Notes: generated by a model not told the origin, from the sequence alone. A stretch of 64,000 bases of DNA from an uncultured Gemmatimonadales bacterium (GCA_963798085.1 CAWCRS010000008.1:32001-96000), one strand, 5' to 3'; positions 27,930-39,287 are shown, numbered from the stretch's first letter. Translations and numbers: made by a program.

Positions 27930-29912
27930 ATGCGCATCCTTCGGGCCTGGCCGGTCGCACTGGGCGCACTGTTGTCCGCCTCCGCAGCCCAGGCCCTGCC
28001 CTTCGCCGGGTCCGCCCCTGCCGCAGACTCCGCCGTACAGCAGCCTGTGAAGGGGAGACAGTTACAGGAGCGGCCTAACACCAATGCAGCGCCCGCAGCG
28101 GCGGGCGGCCCGGTGGATGCGCACGAGGTCGAGGCCTTCCTGGACGGCGTAATGGCCGCCGCGCTGCGCGATCACCACGTCGTGGGCGCGACCGTTGCCC
28201 TGGTGCGCAATGGCAGCGTGCTCTTCGAGAAGGGCTACGGTTGGTCCAATGAAGCCACGCGCAAGCCGGTCGATGCGGAGCGCACACTGTTCCGCGTGGG
28301 ATCCATCTCCAAGCTCTTCACGTTCACCGCGGTCATGCAGCTGGTGGAGCAGGGCAAGCTCGACCTGGACAAGGATGTGAGCAGCTACCTCGAGTTCACC
28401 ATCCCGGCCACCTTCCAGCAACCGATAACACTGCGCCATCTGCTGACGCATACGCCCGGCTTCGAAGACCGGAACCTCGGCCTGTTCAACCCGGACACCA
28501 TGCCGCGCGGCGAGTGGCTGGCGCGCAACATCCCGGCTCGCGTACGCCCGCCCGGACAGCTCGCGTCGTACTCGAATTTCGGCGCCGCGCTGGCCGGCCA
28601 CATCGTGGAACGCGTGTCGGGCGAGTCGTGGGAAGACTACATCGCTTCGCACATCCTGCAACCGCTGGGCATGCAGTACGCCACGGGGAAACAGCCACTG
28701 CCTGCGGCCCTCGCGCCGTGGATGTCCACGGGCTACGGTCTCGAGTCCGGCCACGCGGTCGAAAAGCCATTCGAGGTGCTGCAGGGTTTCGCACCCGCCG
28801 GGTCCGTGAGTGCCAGCGCGGGCGACATCGCGCGCTTCATGATCGCGCACCTGCAGGATGGCGAGTACAACGGCGCACGCATTCTCGAGGCGAGGACCGC
28901 GCAGCAGATGCATGCGCGCGCTTTCGGCCACGATGACCGGCTGAACGGCTACGCGCTCGGCTTCTATGAGAAGAGCAGTCACGGCCTGCGCATCATCGGC
29001 CATGGCGGCGACACGCAGTGGTTCCACTCCGACCTTGCCCTCATCCCCGCCGAGCAGCTTGGTCTGTTCGTGTCATTCAACACCAGCTCCGGCAGCGCGC
29101 TGAGCTTCGGGCCTTTCCTCGAGATGTTCCTGGATCACTACTATCCTCAGGCCGACACCCTGTTGGCTGCGGACTCTACCGTCGATCTCTCGCGCTTTGC
29201 CGGCAGCTATCGTTCCGACCGCCGCTCGTACACGACATTCGAAAAATTCAGTGGATTGTTCGGCGACGTGGAAATAAGCTGGGATCACAAGGGCCATCTG
29301 ATTGCGCAGACGCCCATCGGCGAGATCCGCAGCGTGCAGGTGGGAAAGGACCTGTTCCAACGCGTCGATAAGGGCGAGCGCATGGCTTTCCGGGAGGACG
29401 CGTCCGGTCGCGTGACCTGGCTGTTCCTCGATCAGGCTCCCATGCTCGCGTTCCAGCGTGTGCGTGGTCTCGATTCAGGAACGCTGCACGCTGTGGTACT
29501 GATCGCCGGCATCGCGCTCTTGCTTTCCGTGCTGCTGGCCGCGCCGGTGCGCTGGCTGCTGGGTCGCCGCTTCGCCGAGCTGCGACCCGGGCGAGGTCCG
29601 GCGCGGCGCGCGCGCCAGGCGGCATTCGCCATGTCGCTGCTGTTCCTGCTCTTCGGCGTCGGCCTTGCCCTGGCCACGACGGCCGGGCAAACGGCCGTTA
29701 TCGAAGGCCATGTCCGCTGGGTCGCACTGGCCATGACGCTCGGCGTAGCGGGCGCCGTGCTCGCGATACCCGTCGTCGTCTACGCCGTACGCGCGTGGAC
29801 CGGGCACTGGTGGGGATTCTGGGGACGGCTCCACTACACGCTGCTCACGCTCGGCGTCATCGCCTTCATCTGGTCGCTGAATTACTGGAGGCTTCTCGGC
29901 TGGCACTTCTGA
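27930..29912 (+). CDS. Serine hydrolase (beta-lactamase/AmpC-like fold) with C-terminal membrane domain
   Basis: RBS AAGGAG, signal peptide, SISK, LLTHTPG, YSN, HGG; four C-terminal hydrophobic helices. Confidence 0.9.
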   Translation: MRILRAWPVALGALLSASAAQALPFAGSAPAADSAVQQPVKGRQLQERPNTNAAPAAAGGPVDAHEVEAFLDGVMAAALRDHHVVGATVALVRNGSVLFEKGYGWSNEATRKPVDAERTLFRVGSISKLFTFTAVMQLVEQGKLDLDKDVSSYLEFTIPATFQQPITLRHLLTHTPGFEDRNLGLFNPDTMPRGEWLARNIPARVRPPGQLASYSNFGAALAGHIVERVSGESWEDYIASHILQPLGMQYATGKQPLPAALAPWMSTGYGLESGHAVEKPFEVLQGFAPAGSVSASAGDIARFMIAHLQDGEYNGARILEARTAQQMHARAFGHDDRLNGYALGFYEKSSHGLRIIGHGGDTQWFHSDLALIPAEQLGLFVSFNTSSGSALSFGPFLEMFLDHYYPQADTLLAADSTVDLSRFAGSYRSDRRSYTTFEKFSGLFGDVEISWDHKGHLIAQTPIGEIRSVQVGKDLFQRVDKGERMAFREDASGRVTWLFLDQAPMLAFQRVRGLDSGTLHAVVLIAGIALLLSVLLAAPVRWLLGRRFAELRPGRGPARRARQAAFAMSLLFLLFGVGLALATTAGQTAVIEGHVRWVALAMTLGVAGAVLAIPVVVYAVRAWTGHWWGFWGRLHYTLLTLGVIAFIWSLNYWRLLGWHF

Positions 29913-30840
29913 CGGTCGTGTGGCGCCCGATCCCCAGCGTGTCCAGCACCGGAGGCCAGCCTTCCCGCACACTACGCCACTGCGGCGCCCAGCCACTGGC
30001 CGCACGCAGCTTGTGATTCGAGATGCGCAGCGAGCGAGACAGCATCTCACCAATGGACCCCAACAGCGGTGTAAGCCACGCGGGCAGCAGGCGGGGCGGC
30101 GGGACGCCGAGCCTTCCCGCGAGCGAGCCGACGAAATCGCGCCGCGGCAGCGGCTCGTCATCCACGACGTTGTAGACGCCGGCGGGTACCCGCAGCGCGG
30201 CCAGCACGGCGGACGCGGCGTCGTCGTGCGAGACCGAAGAAAGAAATGCGTCGCCTGAACCAGGTAGCGGAGCCCGTCCCTTCTGCACCGCGTGAATCAG
30301 GTCGATGACGAAGCTGGAGTCCGGGCCGTAGAACAGCGCGAAGCGCAGGACAATGCCGTCGCCGCCCGTGTCAGTGAAGTGTTGTGCGCTGGCTTCCGCA
30401 TCCAGCAGCGAGCGATTGTAGCGCGACGGCTGCAACGGCTGGTTCTCATCGATCCAGTCGACACCGTGGTCCGCGTAGATGGGTGCGAACGACTCCTGAA
30501 TGAAGCGCGGCACCCATGCCTGCCTCGCTGCCGCCACGAGGTTGGCGGAGGCTTCGCGGCGTATGCGGTCATTCTCCCGCCATGCGCCCGGCAGGAATGT
30601 GCGGTAGCCCGTGGGCAGATGCGTCGCCAGGTTGATGATCGCATCGTGGCCATCGACGGCGCGCTCGACCGCGCCGCGGTCGAAGAGATCCAGCGACAGC
30701 ACGCGCGCGCCGGCTTTTTCGAGAGCCGGGCGCTTACCCGGTGCATGCCCGACCGCCGTCACCGCATCAGCCTGCGCCAGCAGTCGCGGCACAAGGCGCC
30801 GGCCGATCACGCCGGTCGCACCAGTCACAAGGATGCGCAT
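29866..30840 (-). CDS. NAD-dependent epimerase/dehydratase (atypical SDR)
   Basis: MRILVTGATGVIG, INLAT, LRFALFYG, VSHDDAA. Confidence 0.9.
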   Translation of the reverse strand: MRILVTGATGVIGRRLVPRLLAQADAVTAVGHAPGKRPALEKAGARVLSLDLFDRGAVERAVDGHDAIINLATHLPTGYRTFLPGAWRENDRIRREASANLVAAARQAWVPRFIQESFAPIYADHGVDWIDENQPLQPSRYNRSLLDAEASAQHFTDTGGDGIVLRFALFYGPDSSFVIDLIHAVQKGRAPLPGSGDAFLSSVSHDDAASAVLAALRVPAGVYNVVDDEPLPRRDFVGSLAGRLGVPPPRLLPAWLTPLLGSIGEMLSRSLRISNHKLRAASGWAPQWRSVREGWPPVLDTLGIGRHTTVRSASREASSNSATR

Positions 30841-31078
30841 CGTTTGCCTCCGCGCAGGAACATCATCCGACAACCGCCCGCATCAGCCGATACCGACGCT
30901 TCACGCACAGACCACGCCGTTGACTTCACGGGCGGCGCCAGCATATGTAATAGCCCGCGACCGGAGCGGGCTTCGCTACCGCCCGGGCAGGGCGGTATCT
31001 GCGCTCCGGTCGTGCCCGCCCGGTGCCGCTGCCGGCAAGACCGACCCGTTCACTTCTCCCGACAGGAAGGCCATTACC

Positions 31079-33674
31079 ATGGCGGATTTCGGCGACAACG
31101 TGGGCATCCGCTTCGTCGAAGCGATGTCAGGCTATGTGCGCGGCGATACCTCGGTGGTGCCGGAAGATGATACAGGCTGGCTCGTGATGGAGGTGAACAT
31201 CAACATTCCCGCGGCTGCGGGATTTCCTGAGCATGCAGACGCACACGGCGCAGATCGTCGGTGGTCATGTTTCCTGGAAGCCGTTCGTGGCGGACGTCGC
31301 CGTGCAGCCCGGCACCATCGTGATGTTCCGCGCCGATGATGCGACGCGACGCCGCAAGTTCATCGATCTTTCGTTCAGCTTCCCGTCGGGTCAGGGCTAC
31401 GATCTCGCGGCCCAGGCACGCAAGACCCTGTTCAACGATGACGGCTTCGATGCGGCCGCCGACCTGTCGACCGCGCAGCTGTCGCTCTCCGCGGCGGGAC
31501 GCGAGGTGGCCCGCGGCACGATCAGCGTGCACCCGCGCGAATTCGTGCGCCAGCTGGATGAGCTGGTCGTCACCGGTGCGCACCGCGCGGACGAGGAGCA
31601 GGCGGCGAAGGATGCGTTCATCGCGTTCATGAACCACGAGCTGGGCGAGCTGTATCCGGGCATGCCGCTGGTACAGGAAGAGCCGGGCCACCTCACACCG
31701 GACGAAAAACGTACGCTCGAGCTGTGCATCCGCTGCCTGCTGCCGGATCCGCTGCCGCCCGGTGGTGCGCAGATGAACGACATCATCGACAGCCTCGAGA
31801 GCACACTGGCCCAGAGCGAGTCGGCCGAGCTGAGCACCATCCGCGGCTACATCCGCACGGCCGGCCTGATCGTGCCCATCATCGGCAAGGATGTGAACGC
31901 GGTGCGCCGCTTCATTGCCGACTCCCTCAGGAGCAGTGCACTCACACCCGTGCGTGATGTCATGAGCATGCTGCACTCGCTCGTGGTGTTTCCCTACTGG
32001 GCGCACAGCAAGACGGACGGGCTGAGTGGCTACAGGCGGCCGGTGCACAAACCGCACGGCGCCGCCAAACTGCCTGTTATGCCGGAGCCGCCGGACCAGG
32101 AATTCGATGTCGTGATCGCGGGGTCGGGGCCGGCCGGCACCCTGCTCGCCGCCCGCCTCGCGGCCGCGGACAGGTCCGTGCTGCTGCTCGAGGCCGGACC
32201 CTACATCCCCGAGAAGGAAATGGGGCCGGACGAGCTGGAGAGCATCGCGAAGCTGTACAAGGAAGCGGGCCTGCAGCGTGCCAACCAGCCGGAATCGATC
32301 TTCGATCAGCCCGGTCCTTCGTTCTTCGTATTGCAGGGACAGTGCGTGGGTGGCGGCGGCATTGTCAACAACGCGGTGTGCTTCCAGCTGCCGGCGCACA
32401 AGCTGCTGCAGTGGCAGGCGGTGGGTTTCCCCATCGCGGAAGTGGACCTGCGCAGCGCGTACCGTCGCGTGGCCATGGAGCTGCCCATCATTCCCATCGG
32501 CGAGTCGACGCCGCTGCTCAATCCGGCCGGTCCGTTCCTGGAGAAACAGTTCGGCCCCATACGCAAGCCGTCGGTCGAGGATCCGCCCGAGACCGGGCTG
32601 TTCGAGTGCCTGGTCAATCTCGAGCGGCGCACCAGTGCCGACGACAGCACCGGCTGCATTGGATCGGGGCTCTGCAATGTGGGCTGCGGCTCGGAGCGCA
32701 AGCGCAACGGCGTGCAGGTATACCTGCCGACCGCGGTTGCTAACGGTTGTGTTATCGTGCCCGATGCGCGCGTCACGGAAGTGAAGCTGGCGGCGGCTGT
32801 GCCGGGCGGGCCGCGCCGCGCCACGGGCGTGGTGGCGCGGCTCAGGGATGGGCGTACCGTGACGGTGCGCGCCCGCCAGGTGATCCTGGCCGCAGGTCCG
32901 ATCGGCAGCACGGAGATCCTGCTGCGCTCGCGCGATCTCGAGGACCCCATCCGCACGCTGCGCCTGCCCGTGGGCAGCCGCTTCTCCGCCAACATCGGAT
33001 CACCCCTGTTCGCCTTCATGCCCAATGCCGTCGAGCTGCCACCCGGCGTGCAGATCGCGCACTACTACATGCCGCCCGGCGCCGACGACGGATTCGTCGT
33101 GGAGACCTGGTACAACCCGCCGGGCGCCAACGCGCTGGCCACGCCCGGCTACATGCAGGAGCACTTCGATCGCATGAAGCAGTACACATCGACCATCGCG
33201 GCGGCGCCACTGGTGGGCACCCGGGCGCGCGGTCAGGTCAAGCTGCAGAACGGCAGGGTCGCCGTGCGCCTGCCCGTGGACGGCCGCGAAGTCGAGCGCG
33301 TGGCCGCAGGCCTATGCACGCTGGGCAAGGCGTTCCTCAAGGGCGGCGCGCGATCCGTGCTGGCAGGATTCGAGGGCGGACGCACGCTGAAGAACGAGGC
33401 CGATGCTGACAAGTTGCAGAAGGACCTGGTAGCCGTGGCGAACAATCGCGACCGGCTGCACCAGCTCCAGGTGGGTACAGGCCATCCGCAGGGCGGCAAT
33501 CCCATGAGCGACGACCCCCGCATCGGCGTGCTCGACGCCGCCTTCCGCGTGCGCGGCATCGACAATCTGCGCGTCTGCAATGGCAGCATATTCCCGGATA
33601 GCGCGGGCGTGAACCCGCAGTGGACCATCATGGCGCTGGCCGACTGCTGCGCCCAGGCCGTATTGCGTTCCTGA
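31079..33674 (+). CDS. GMC-family FAD oxidoreductase with two N-terminal accessory domains; +1 frameshift near 31214
   Basis: RBS then MADFGDNVGIRFVEAMSG; DVVIAGSGPAG, GQCVGGGGIVN, CIGSGLCNVGC, HPQGG, GVNPQWTI. Confidence 0.88.
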
Positions 33675-33742
33675 ACCGGTACACCGCGCCGGCACTGAAT
33701 CGCGGCGGCCGCAGGGTCGCTGCCATACCGTTCATTCCTGCC

Positions 33743-33772
33743 ATTCGCCCCCGTAAAACATTGATTCACCCC
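33743..33772 (+). promoter_or_regulatory. Putative LytTR-type direct repeat
   Basis: ATTCGCCCC-N12-ATTCACCCC upstream of a LytTR regulator. Confidence 0.35.
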
Positions 33773-33854
33773 ACAACGCGCGCTCGAAGTGCGTGCTCCT
33801 GATTAGAGATAGAAGCGTCACCCCTAGATTGTTCACCCCGCAACGGAGCGGCGC

Positions 33855-34670
33855 GTGTCTTTGCTCAAGCGTAACCTGCGCACTCTGATCGTGGACAATG
33901 AAGCGCCCGCGCGCGAGAGCATCCGCGAGCGGCTGCGCGAGCTTCCCGGTTTCGAAGTCGTGGGCGAAAGTGCCAATGCGCTGGCCGCCATTCGCGACGT
34001 GCTGGCCCTGCGACCCAATGTGGTCTTCCTCGACATCCAGCTGCCTCGCCTGGACGGCTTCAATGTGCTCGAGGCGGTGGCCCGCCAGCACGCGCCGCTG
34101 GTGGTGTTCGTGACTGCATGGGAGGAACTCGCCGTGCGCGCCTTCGAGGCGCACGCCATCGACTATCTGCTCAAGCCCTTCTCGCGCGAGCGCTTTCTGC
34201 AGGCGGCGGAGCGCGTGCGCTCGGCCGCGCTCAACAGCGCACTGCTTGCCGCGCACCACCGCGCCACGGCCACGCTCCTGGACAGTCGCGCGGGCGCTTC
34301 GCCCAGGGAAAGCCGGCTGGCGCTGCGTGACGCGCGCGGCTTCCGCTTCGTCTTCCTTTCCGACATCGAGTGGATCGAATCGGCCGACAACTACGTGCGC
34401 ATCCACGCGCACGGCGGCAACTACCTTGAGCGGCAGACCCTGAACGAACTCGAGGCGACGCTGGACCCCGAACGTTTTCTGCGCGTACACCGCCGCTTCC
34501 TCGTGAACGTCCAGCACGTGGACCGCGTGCTGCCGGGCAGCAATGGCGGCTGTGCCGTGCGCATGAAGGATGGCACCATGCTGCGCATGAGCCGGTACCG
34601 CCGGCCCGTGCTGCTCAGCCGGCTGGCCGACATCGGCACACCGCCCGCGCAGCAGGAAGAAAGCGCCTGA
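33855..34670 (+). CDS. LytR/AlgR-family response regulator (orphan)
   Basis: REC domain (FLDIQ, FVTA, DYLLKPF) plus LytTR domain (IEWIESADNYV, FLRVHR). Confidence 0.92.
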   Translation: MSLLKRNLRTLIVDNEAPARESIRERLRELPGFEVVGESANALAAIRDVLALRPNVVFLDIQLPRLDGFNVLEAVARQHAPLVVFVTAWEELAVRAFEAHAIDYLLKPFSRERFLQAAERVRSAALNSALLAAHHRATATLLDSRAGASPRESRLALRDARGFRFVFLSDIEWIESADNYVRIHAHGGNYLERQTLNELEATLDPERFLRVHRRFLVNVQHVDRVLPGSNGGCAVRMKDGTMLRMSRYRRPVLLSRLADIGTPPAQQEESA

Positions 34671-34697
34671 AGCGCAGGTAACGGTTACGCGCGTCGC

Positions 34698-36098
34698 TCA
34701 GCGCAGGGCGGGTCGCAGATCGAGCGGGATGTCCACTGGCGGCGCGTCGTGCCAGGTGATGCGCACGACCACCTGCTCCGTGCCGGGCGGCACCTCGAAG
34801 ATCACGCGGTCGCGGTCGGAACTGCCCTTCCGCACATCCTCCGACACACTGACGAAGGGTTCACGCGTTTCGCCGTCGACGACAAGGCGGAACGGCTCGG
34901 GCCCGAAATGCAGCACGCCGTCACTGTGGTTGGCGAAATCGAACCACACGAAGACCTGCAGCAGGTTGGCGAAGCGGCGCACCACGTAGCGCCGGGGCGT
35001 AATGGTAACGTCGCTGTTCTGGAACGCGGGGTTGTCCGTCGCGACGGGCAGTTCCACCGTTACGGCGCGCGAGAGCGCATCGCCCGGATCCGCGGTGTCA
35101 GCGGGCGTCACCGGTGCGCCGGGTGTCAGGTCGAGCGGCAGCTCCGCCGTCTTCCCGCCACTGCGTACGCGCAGCGTTGCGCTGCTCGCCGAGCCGGGTA
35201 CCTCGAACAGCACTTCGCCCTGCTCGATGGACATGGCCGGGACCATCCGTCCAATGGGATCGACCGGCGCATACTCGCGGTTGCCAATGAGGAGGCGAAA
35301 GGAATCGTCGCCGGTGGCGGCGCCGCTCTCACCCTCGTTCACGAAGCGCATGCGCAGCCGCAGCGTGCGCACGCGGCCGTGCCGCGCGAGACTGCCCCAG
35401 AGCAGCGTGTAGACTTCACGACCCAGCACCATCTCGGACACGTGCGGCACCGCGATGCGCAGTGCCGCGCCGCTGGCACCGCGCGCGCTGGCGCCTCCGC
35501 CCGGACGCGTCAGCCGCGGTACCAGCAGTGCCACGGCGAGGAGCGCAGCGCCCATGGCGGCCCACACGAGCAGCGGCACACCCCGGCGGTGCGCCACGCC
35601 GGCGACCGCTGTTGCGCCTGCGCCGGCAGGTGTGGTGCCGAGAATCTTGTGGATGGCGGCGGCCAGCCGGTCGACATCGCCGTCCCATGATTCATCGCGC
35701 AGCGTGATGGCTTCGCGCCGCACCAGCGCGCGCATGTCTTCCGGCAGCTGCTCCTCCGCCGGCATGCCTGCGCCTTCCGTCAGCACCGGGATGACCACGA
35801 CGTTGTCGCGCGCGAGTGCCACCGCCACCTCGCGGCGCACGTAGTCGCCCGGCTGCTGCAGCCGCAGCGTGCCGCTGCGGTCGCGGGCCTCGAGCCAGTC
35901 CCTGCCTATGAGCGTGAGGAACACACGACAGGCGTGCACGCGTTCGTCGATTGTGGCGACGAAGTCCTGTCCCGGCTCCAGCGTGTCCACATCGCGGAAT
36001 ACTTCGCCCCGGCCCACGCGCTCCTCGAGTGAATCGCGGAGCCGGCCGGCGTATCCCGCCGAGTCGTCACGCCGGTAACTGAGGAAGATGCCAGGCAC
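34698..36098 (-). CDS. TIR-domain membrane protein with two tandem DUF4352-like Ig ectodomains
   Basis: GTG 36098: IFLSYRRDDS, VFRDVD, DYVRREVAVAL, VIPVL; one TM helix; duplicated F.N...FRL...FEVP units. Confidence 0.85.
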   Translation of the reverse strand: MPGIFLSYRRDDSAGYAGRLRDSLEERVGRGEVFRDVDTLEPGQDFVATIDERVHACRVFLTLIGRDWLEARDRSGTLRLQQPGDYVRREVAVALARDNVVVIPVLTEGAGMPAEEQLPEDMRALVRREAITLRDESWDGDVDRLAAAIHKILGTTPAGAGATAVAGVAHRRGVPLLVWAAMGAALLAVALLVPRLTRPGGGASARGASGAALRIAVPHVSEMVLGREVYTLLWGSLARHGRVRTLRLRMRFVNEGESGAATGDDSFRLLIGNREYAPVDPIGRMVPAMSIEQGEVLFEVPGSASSATLRVRSGGKTAELPLDLTPGAPVTPADTADPGDALSRAVTVELPVATDNPAFQNSDVTITPRRYVVRRFANLLQVFVWFDFANHSDGVLHFGPEPFRLVVDGETREPFVSVSEDVRKGSSDRDRVIFEVPPGTEQVVVRITWHDAPPVDIPLDLRPALR

Positions 36099-36156
36099 GA
36101 AACGCAATATATTCCGTCGCCATGGTGACTGAAAGCATCGCACATGGGAAGGGGCC

Positions 36157-37149
36157 ATGAAGTTCACGACACTCGGCAGCAGCGGACTCTCCGTATCGCG
36201 GCTCTGCCTGGGCTGCATGACCTATGGCACACCCGAATGGCGAGCCTGGGTGCTGGATGAGGCCAGCGCGCGACCGTTCTTCCGGCAGGCCGTGGAAGCG
36301 GGCATCAACTTCTTCGACACCGCCGACATGTACTCGCTCGGCGTTAGTGAGGAAGTCACGGGCCGCGCGCTGCGCGATTTCGCGAACCGTGAAGAGATCG
36401 TGATCGCGACCAAGGTCAACTTCGCCATGTCGCGCGGTCCCAACATGGGTGGCCTCTCGCGCAAGCACGTGCTGCAGGCGTGCGAGGCAAGCCTGCGCCG
36501 TCTCGGCATCGAGACCATCGACCTGTATCAGATCCATCGCTTCGATCCGGCCGTGCCTATCGAGGAGACGCTCGAGGCGCTCAACGATCTCGTGCGCGGC
36601 GGCAAGGTGCGCTACATCGGCGCCAGCTCGGGTCCGGCCTGGCGCATGGCCCAGGCACTTTCCACCGCGGAACGCAATGGCTGGGCGCGCTTCATCTCCA
36701 TGCAGAATCACTACAACCTCGTGTACCGCGAAGAAGAGCGGGAAATGGTGCCGCTCTGCCTGCAGGCGGGTGTGGGCCTGATCCCGTGGAGTCCGCTGGC
36801 CCGCGGCATGCTGGCGCGGCCCCGGCCCGACGATTCGCAGGTGAAGAGCGGTGGCACCACGCGCGCCGACAGCGACACCTACTCGCCCATGCTCTACGAC
36901 AGCCCCGGCGACTGGGAGGTGGTGGATGCGGTGCAGCAGGTGGCCGCGAAACGCGGTGTTAGCATGGCCGAAGTCGCCCTGGCATGGCTGCTGGCCCGGC
37001 CCGGTGTGGTCGCTCCCATCATCGGCGCCTCCAGGCCCGGACACCTGGAGGCGGCGCTGGGCGCGCTCGACATCGAGCTGACCGCCGAAGAACGCAGCGC
37101 GCTCGAGGCGCCCTACCGGCCGCACGCCGTGAAGGGCCACACGTCGTAG
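36157..37149 (+). CDS. Aldo/keto reductase (YajO/AAD-like)
   Basis: LCLGCMTYG, GINFFDTADMY, IATK, DLYQIHRFD, PWSPLARG. Confidence 0.95.
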   Translation: MKFTTLGSSGLSVSRLCLGCMTYGTPEWRAWVLDEASARPFFRQAVEAGINFFDTADMYSLGVSEEVTGRALRDFANREEIVIATKVNFAMSRGPNMGGLSRKHVLQACEASLRRLGIETIDLYQIHRFDPAVPIEETLEALNDLVRGGKVRYIGASSGPAWRMAQALSTAERNGWARFISMQNHYNLVYREEEREMVPLCLQAGVGLIPWSPLARGMLARPRPDDSQVKSGGTTRADSDTYSPMLYDSPGDWEVVDAVQQVAAKRGVSMAEVALAWLLARPGVVAPIIGASRPGHLEAALGALDIELTAEERSALEAPYRPHAVKGHTS

Positions 37150-37207
37150 CGCAGCGCCTTCGAGGCGCAGCTCACGTGCGGACGGCGGCGGCCGGCCGCG
37201 CCGCCGC

Positions 37208-39287
37208 TCAGGTGCTCGGCTTGAGCCAGCGCTCGAACCAGTGCAGCTCGTGCAGCATGCGGTGCACGTTGTTCCAGTTGCCGCGGATGCCGTGCGGCTG
37301 GCCCGCGTACTGGATCATTTCCGCCGGCACGCCGTTCTTCTTGAGCGCCGTGTACATCTGTTCGCCCTCCTCGTACGGCACGCGCTGATCCACTTCGCCG
37401 TGAATGAAGAGCGTGGGCGTGCGCACGCGCCCCGCATACGTCAGCGGCGACTGCCGGATCATGACGGCTCTGGCCCGCTCATCCCAGGGGTGGCCGTAGA
37501 ATTCCGTCTCCTTGGTGCGCGCGATGTCGGCGGTGCCGTAATCGCTCAGCCAGTTGGTAATGCCCGCCCCCGTGATCGCGGCCGCGAAGCGATCCGGATA
37601 CTGCGTGATCAGCCAGTTGCTCATGAAGCCGCCGTACGAGTGGCCGATGTGGCCCACGCGATGGGCATCGACCGGGTAGCTGGCAATGACGTAGTCAATG
37701 CCGGCGATCACGTCCTCGCCGTCCTTGTCGCCCCAGGCCCCCCATGTGGCCCAGAGAAAATCATCGCCGTACCCGGTCGAGCTGCGGAAGTTGGTCTGCA
37801 GCACGAAATAGCCGTGCGCCGCGAAGTAGTGCAGCTTGAAGTCGAAGTCATAGCCCGAGGCCGCATGGGGCCCGCCGTGGCTGCTGACGATCGAGCGGAT
37901 ACGGCCCGCCGTCCGGCCGGTAGCCGTACGGAAACAGCAGGAAGCCCTCGATGGGCGTGCCGTCGCGGCTCTGATAACGAACTGTTTGAGCCCGGCTCAG
38001 CCGCACCTCGGCGAGGAAGGGATCGTGCACGTGCGTGACCTGGTGCTCGCCCGTGCCGTCGATGTTCGACACGCGGATTTCCGCGGGCGCATCGAGCAGG
38101 CCGACGGTGTAGGCCATGTGCTGCAGCGAGCGATCGAAGCTGATGCCGCCCAGGCGCCGCTCGCCTTTCGTCACCTGCTGCACTTCGCCGCCGCTGCCGG
38201 CCACGCGAAACAGGTGCCGTCCACCGCCCGTCTCCGCCGTGAAGTAGATCCAGCGCCCATCCGGGCTCCACGTGGGCGCGCCCGCCTGCAGCTTCCACTG
38301 CGCCGTCAGATTGACGGCCGCTCCGCCCGTGGCAGGCATCACGTACAGGTCGGTGGGCCCGCCGTTGTCCAGCTTGTTGCGAATGATGTAATCGCTGCCC
38401 CAGCTGCGCACGAAGGCGATGTTCCTGCCATCGGGTGAGAAGCGCGGACTGCGGTTGTCGATGCCATAATCGTCTGTCAGGCGGGTGAGCGTTCCCGTAG
38501 TCGTGACCTGCCAGACATCGCTCTGCCCGTAGCGGCTCTCATCGCGGTAGGACGAGTCGGCCGTGAATACCAGCGAGCGCCCGTCCGGCGACCATGAAAC
38601 GTCGCGCGGCTGCAGGCCCAGCCGCGTCAGCGGCCTGGCATCGCCACCAGCCGCTGGCTCCAGCACGATCTCGCTCGCCGGATTGGCCACGGGATCCCGC
38701 GGATCCGGCACGGGGAAGGGACCACCGTCGCGCTGAAACCCGAGCCAGTCGAACGTCACACCCTTGAAGCGCTCCTCATGGCGCTGTTCGAACTCGCTCA
38801 TGGCCGCCGGCTCCGGCCGTTGCGCGCGCGTTGCCCGCACGATCGCGCGCCACTGCCCGTCCGGACTCAGCTCGCCCGACTCCCGCGCCGGCGCCGCCTC
38901 GGGCGAGGCGTCCCGGTGCGCCGGGTCGATGACGAATGCCGCCGGTCCCACCACGTAGCGCAGTCGCCCATCCGCCAGCCACGCAGGCGACGACGCATTC
39001 TCCGCCGCGCGACTGACTCGCCAGGCCGGCGTGGCGCCATCCGCCGCCACCAGCCACACGCCCGACGCATCGCTGTTCGTTTCCTCGACATGCTGCGTCA
39101 CCGTGAACGCAACCCACCGCCCGTCCGGCGACAACTGCGGCGAGCCCACCGTTTTCATGCGATAGTAGTCCTCGATCGCGAGCGCTCGGCCGCGCGCAGC
39201 CTGCTGTGCGTGCAGAGGCGGCGCAAAGCCCGCCGCCAGCCCCCACACCATCGACGCGCCCGCCAGAATCCCACGAGTACCACGCAT
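37208..39287 (-). CDS. S9-family (acylaminoacyl/prolyl oligo-) peptidase; +1 frameshift near 37893
   Basis: Signal peptide, PD40-like WSPDG repeats, HGGP, GHSYGG, DQRV, PHG catalytic triad. Confidence 0.92.

Noticed and set aside
27930..29912. Beta-lactam resistance gene
   Set aside because: SxxK/YxN/HGG fold with membrane tail fits generic CubicO-type peptidases or esterases; nothing supports lactamase activity.
30920..30951. Sigma70 promoter TTGACT...TGTAAT for the GMC gene
   Set aside because: The spacer is 20 nt and no good -10 lies at 16-18 nt.
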